The notes beneath the pieces are model-generated. The model was not told the DNA's origin, searched no databases, and saw only the letters and a program-made list of their open reading frames with translations. A stretch of DNA of 49,842 nucleotides, from positions 1 through 49,842 of the forward strand of contig JAYVIX010000200.1 of the NCBI GenBank assembly GCA_043769845.1, in the 5' to 3' direction. Each line of letters opens with the position of its first letter. Position 1 is the stretch's first letter. The translations under genes and the position numbers were made by a program. Below are positions 47,322 to 49,842 of this stretch, piece after piece. Source of the DNA: Cytophagales bacterium. GTDB taxonomy: Bacteria > Bacteroidota > Bacteroidia > Cytophagales > UBA9547.

Positions 47322-49169
47322 TTAAAACCGAATCCCCGCATTAAACCCAATCCAACCTTTCACATTGGTGGGGAAATTTTCTTCTTCCCGATGAATGACG
47401 GGCGTTTCGTCAAACAAGACATTGGGCATCAGTTGCGAACCGTACTCGCCACGGGCTTTGTCGTAATGTTGCGACACCATCACGTTGAAAGTAGGGCCGG
47501 CAAAGGCATAGAGTTTGCCGCTGAGTTTGGTGGCAAACATCACTTTGAACTGGCTCAGTAGGTTGAGCTTGGTATAATCCTTCGTTCCTTCTTGAATATG
47601 CATAGCAATCAGATCGAAATTGACGGACGATCTCGGTGAAACATCCAACACTGAACCAAAGCCACCGCCATAACCAAAACGCATGTCCGTGCTTTTGCTG
47701 GAAGGTTGAACACCAATAGCCGCAATCGTATGGAACTTCTGACTTCCGAACCGAAAAGCCACATTGCCATACAAAGCTTCCGAACCGTATACTTCGAGTT
47801 TGTTATAGCCGTTTTTCACAATGTTGATCAAACCCAACGTAACACCCGTTACGGTATCGGCAATATTGATAAGGCCAATTTGCGAACCACGCACCCTTTT
47901 TGCTTTGTTTAGAATACCCGCCATTTGCACTCCGTTGTGTTCTTCTTTGGTGAAATTCACGATACCAGCTATTTCAGTTCCACGAGAAGGACCGTTGTTC
48001 ACATTGGCGATGCCAGCTGCTTGGAAACCCGCCCCACTGCCATTGTTCACGTTGGCAATACCGGCCAACTGCGCACCCAAGAAGCTGCCGTTGTTGGTGT
48101 TGACGATACCAGCCGCCTGAATTCCTATCGCATTGTCGCCATTTATGTTGCTAATGCCTGCAAACTGTGCGCCATTTGCCATGCCACCTGTCACGTTGGT
48201 GATGCCCGCAAACTGGGCACCGTTCACATCCGTTCCCACAATGTTGGCAATGCCTGCAAACTGCGCACCTTTCACATAGGCTTTCTCCGTATTCACCAAC
48301 CCTGCAAACTCTGCTCCGTCTAGCGCATAGGCATAGCCTGTCAATATATTGATGGACACATTATTAACCACTCTATTAGCCTTCGAGCCATTCGTGCCAA
48401 TCGGGTGAACAAAAGTCAACTGGGCAGGAGCTTTGATAAGAGCCGTGTCTTTATTGTCCCTGAAGAGAGGGATGGATTTCACTTTCAAAGAATCAGCTAT
48501 GGCTTTTACTTTCGTTTTCAGTTTGTGCATGGCCGAGCCGAATTTCTCCTTCAATTCTTCCATTCCACCCACGTCACCAATTTTACCCAAACTGTCCATC
48601 TTCGCCATGTAGCGTTTCAGTAAGCGGTTCTTTTGTTTGGTGAAGTTTTCTTCGTTTCGGATAGAAGTGTCTTGCAGTTCCTCCAACTGTTCCAGATTAA
48701 ACGTGTTGGCATCTACAACTGGCACGCTTTGTACTTCCGTCAGCGTGAAAGCGGGCATCAGACTTTGCAGGTCAACCGAAGCCACCAAGGTATTTTCCTC
48801 GGCCTTCGCTGGAATCTGTTGCGACTGTTTCCTCGCTTGCTTCTGCTTCTTGGGTTTGGTGGCGTCTTTGCGAAGCACAATTTTTTCGTCTGCCATCACA
48901 TACGAGATGTCGGTGTTCTCAAAAACAGTCTCCAGCACCACACGCAAGGGTTGGTTTTTCAAGTTCACGCTCACACGGTTTTGAAGCGGCACCATGTTGT
49001 TGGCATAGTAAAACTTGACTCCGTATTTGCTTTCCAAACCCAGCAACACGTCTTTTATTTTAGCGTCACGGTAGTTGACCGAGACGGTTTTGTCCAACAC
49101 TTTGTCTTGCGCAATGGCGTTCAAACCAAGACATAGGAATAGCGATACAAGGATTTTGAGATGCCTCAT
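47322..49169 (-). CDS. Outer-membrane protein: STN domain + Lys/Gln-rich linker + about 11 sixteen-residue GxQxAGxxN repeats + C-terminal beta-barrel
   Basis: 615 aa. Signal peptide, then STN-like VSVNYRDAKIKDVLLGLESKYGVKFYYANNMVPLQNRVSVNLKNQPLRVVLETVFENTDISYVMADEKIVL. The repeats run GAQFAGIANIVGTDVN / GAQFAGITNVTGGMAN / GAQFAGISNINGDNAI and so on. The C-terminus is …GFNAGIRF with a terminal Phe. Confidence 0.75.
   Translation of the reverse strand: MRHLKILVSLFLCLGLNAIAQDKVLDKTVSVNYRDAKIKDVLLGLESKYGVKFYYANNMVPLQNRVSVNLKNQPLRVVLETVFENTDISYVMADEKIVLRKDATKPKKQKQARKQSQQIPAKAEENTLVASVDLQSLMPAFTLTEVQSVPVVDANTFNLEQLEELQDTSIRNEENFTKQKNRLLKRYMAKMDSLGKIGDVGGMEELKEKFGSAMHKLKTKVKAIADSLKVKSIPLFRDNKDTALIKAPAQLTFVHPIGTNGSKANRVVNNVSINILTGYAYALDGAEFAGLVNTEKAYVKGAQFAGIANIVGTDVNGAQFAGITNVTGGMANGAQFAGISNINGDNAIGIQAAGIVNTNNGSFLGAQLAGIANVNNGSGAGFQAAGIANVNNGPSRGTEIAGIVNFTKEEHNGVQMAGILNKAKRVRGSQIGLINIADTVTGVTLGLINIVKNGYNKLEVYGSEALYGNVAFRFGSQKFHTIAAIGVQPSSKSTDMRFGYGGGFGSVLDVSPRSSVNFDLIAMHIQEGTKDYTKLNLLSQFKVMFATKLSGKLYAFAGPTFNVMVSQHYDKARGEYGSQLMPNVLFDETPVIHREEENFPTNVKGWIGFNAGIRF
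47805..48317 (-). repeat. Coding tandem repeat (48-nt / 16-aa period) inside 47322..49169
   Basis: About eleven consecutive units share the consensus G-x-Q-x-A-G-I-x-N-(x7), at aa 285-455. Coordinates are derived from residue numbering. Confidence 0.75.
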
Positions 49170-49208
49170 TTTGGTTAAATTAATAATTTTGAATTAATAA
49201 TTAATAGG

Positions 49209-49842
49209 TCAGTTGCAGCCTAGGCCGAGTAGTGTATACTCGTTGGCTTGCTTTTGATAAGTTGAGTTGACAGAGATGGAAACGATTTGCAGCACACCTT
49301 CGATAGTTGGGTTTTCAAACACACCGGTAAACCGACAGTTGAGTATGGCCTCGTTCTCTACTTTCACTTGGATTCCGAAGTAACGTTCCACATCGGCCAA
49401 CACGTCTTTGAGAGAGGTATTGTCGAAAGCGAGTCGTTTCGTTTTCCAAGCAGACGCATTTTGGGTCACTTCCTTCTTCACTTCCAACGGACGACTAGGT
49501 GTAAAAACGGCTTCGTCTCCAGCAGTCAGAACACAGGTGTTTTTCGAGTCGCTTTTGTCGGTAAACTGTACTTTGCCTGTCGCTACTTCTACAAACTCGC
49601 GTTCGTCACCACCTTTAGAATGCACCAAGAACGAAGTTCCCAGCACCTGCACTCTGGTATTCTGCCCAAGCACCACAAAAGGCTTCGCTTCGTTACGCTT
49701 TATGTCGAAAAAAGCTTCCCCGTTTAATTTCACTTCACGCACATCTCCTTCAAACCCTTCGACATACGAAAGCTGCGTGTTCGGATTCAACCAAACTTGG
49801 CTGCTATCGGGCAACACAAATCGTGTGCGTTCGTTGAGAGCC
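49209..49842 (-). CDS. FecR family anti-sigma/sensor protein, C-terminal part; the N-terminus lies beyond the right edge of the window
   Basis: The frame is open to the window end. The FecR domain shows LPDSSQVWLNPNTQLSY…VKLNGEAFFDI…VQVLGTSFLV. The DUF4974-like C-terminus shows LAFDNTSLKDVLADVERYFGIQVKV…. Confidence 0.8.
   Translation of the reverse strand, partial: ALNERTRFVLPDSSQVWLNPNTQLSYVEGFEGDVREVKLNGEAFFDIKRNEAKPFVVLGQNTRVQVLGTSFLVHSKGGDEREFVEVATGKVQFTDKSDSKNTCVLTAGDEAVFTPSRPLEVKKEVTQNASAWKTKRLAFDNTSLKDVLADVERYFGIQVKVENEAILNCRFTGVFENPTIEGVLQIVSISVNSTYQKQANEYTLLGLGCN

Noticed and set aside
47805-48317. A regular 48-nt DNA periodicity could be a CRISPR-like or non-coding tandem array.
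   Set aside because: It lies entirely within a long open reading frame and translates to a coherent 16-aa protein repeat. There is no repeat/spacer alternation.

Overview
This 49.8-kb window looks like a Bacteroidota chromosome, probably Cytophagales-like. The evidence is T9SS components (a PorP/SprF gene and a Por_Secre_tail C-terminal domain), a FecR/STN/TonB-receptor cluster, a Rho with a long N-terminal insertion, and a DnaB with an acidic tail. Most of the window is housekeeping: phoH, a DciA-like DUF721 gene, a GltS-like FMN enzyme, a UbiA prenyltransferase, comF, a class-I aminotransferase, rho, proS, ugd plus a UDP-xylose synthase, truA, a CcmF-like heme lyase, rluD, nuoD, dnaB, and a wza/wzc-like start at the left edge.

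Five things are not ordinary:
1. A sharply AT-rich islet (about 42.7-44.8 kb) carries a stand-alone 586-aa OLD-family ABC-ATPase+TOPRIM nuclease. It sits next to gene debris: an internally deleted BASS transporter, a doubly truncated MDR dehydrogenase and a chimeric ORF. This is my best candidate for an accessory or defence function.
2. A FecR - STN-domain repeat protein - TonB-dependent receptor module has the STN signalling domain on a separate outer-membrane protein instead of on the receptor. A 27-bp inverted repeat brackets the intergenic region and reaches the receptor start codon.
3. An output-less CHASE2 membrane protein is translationally coupled to a secreted FecR-like/TPR protein.
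4. A RelE/HigB-like toxin-antitoxin pair has a disrupted toxin.
5. Short arrays of degenerate heptanucleotides recur at gene boundaries, each carrying a stop triplet, so stops fall in all three frames.

Decayed genes are an IS982-like transposase remnant and a LamG/T9SS-secreted protein. I saw no rRNA, tRNA or CRISPR array. All protein-family calls come from motif recognition by eye, not database searches. Hairpin coordinates may be off by 1-2 nt.
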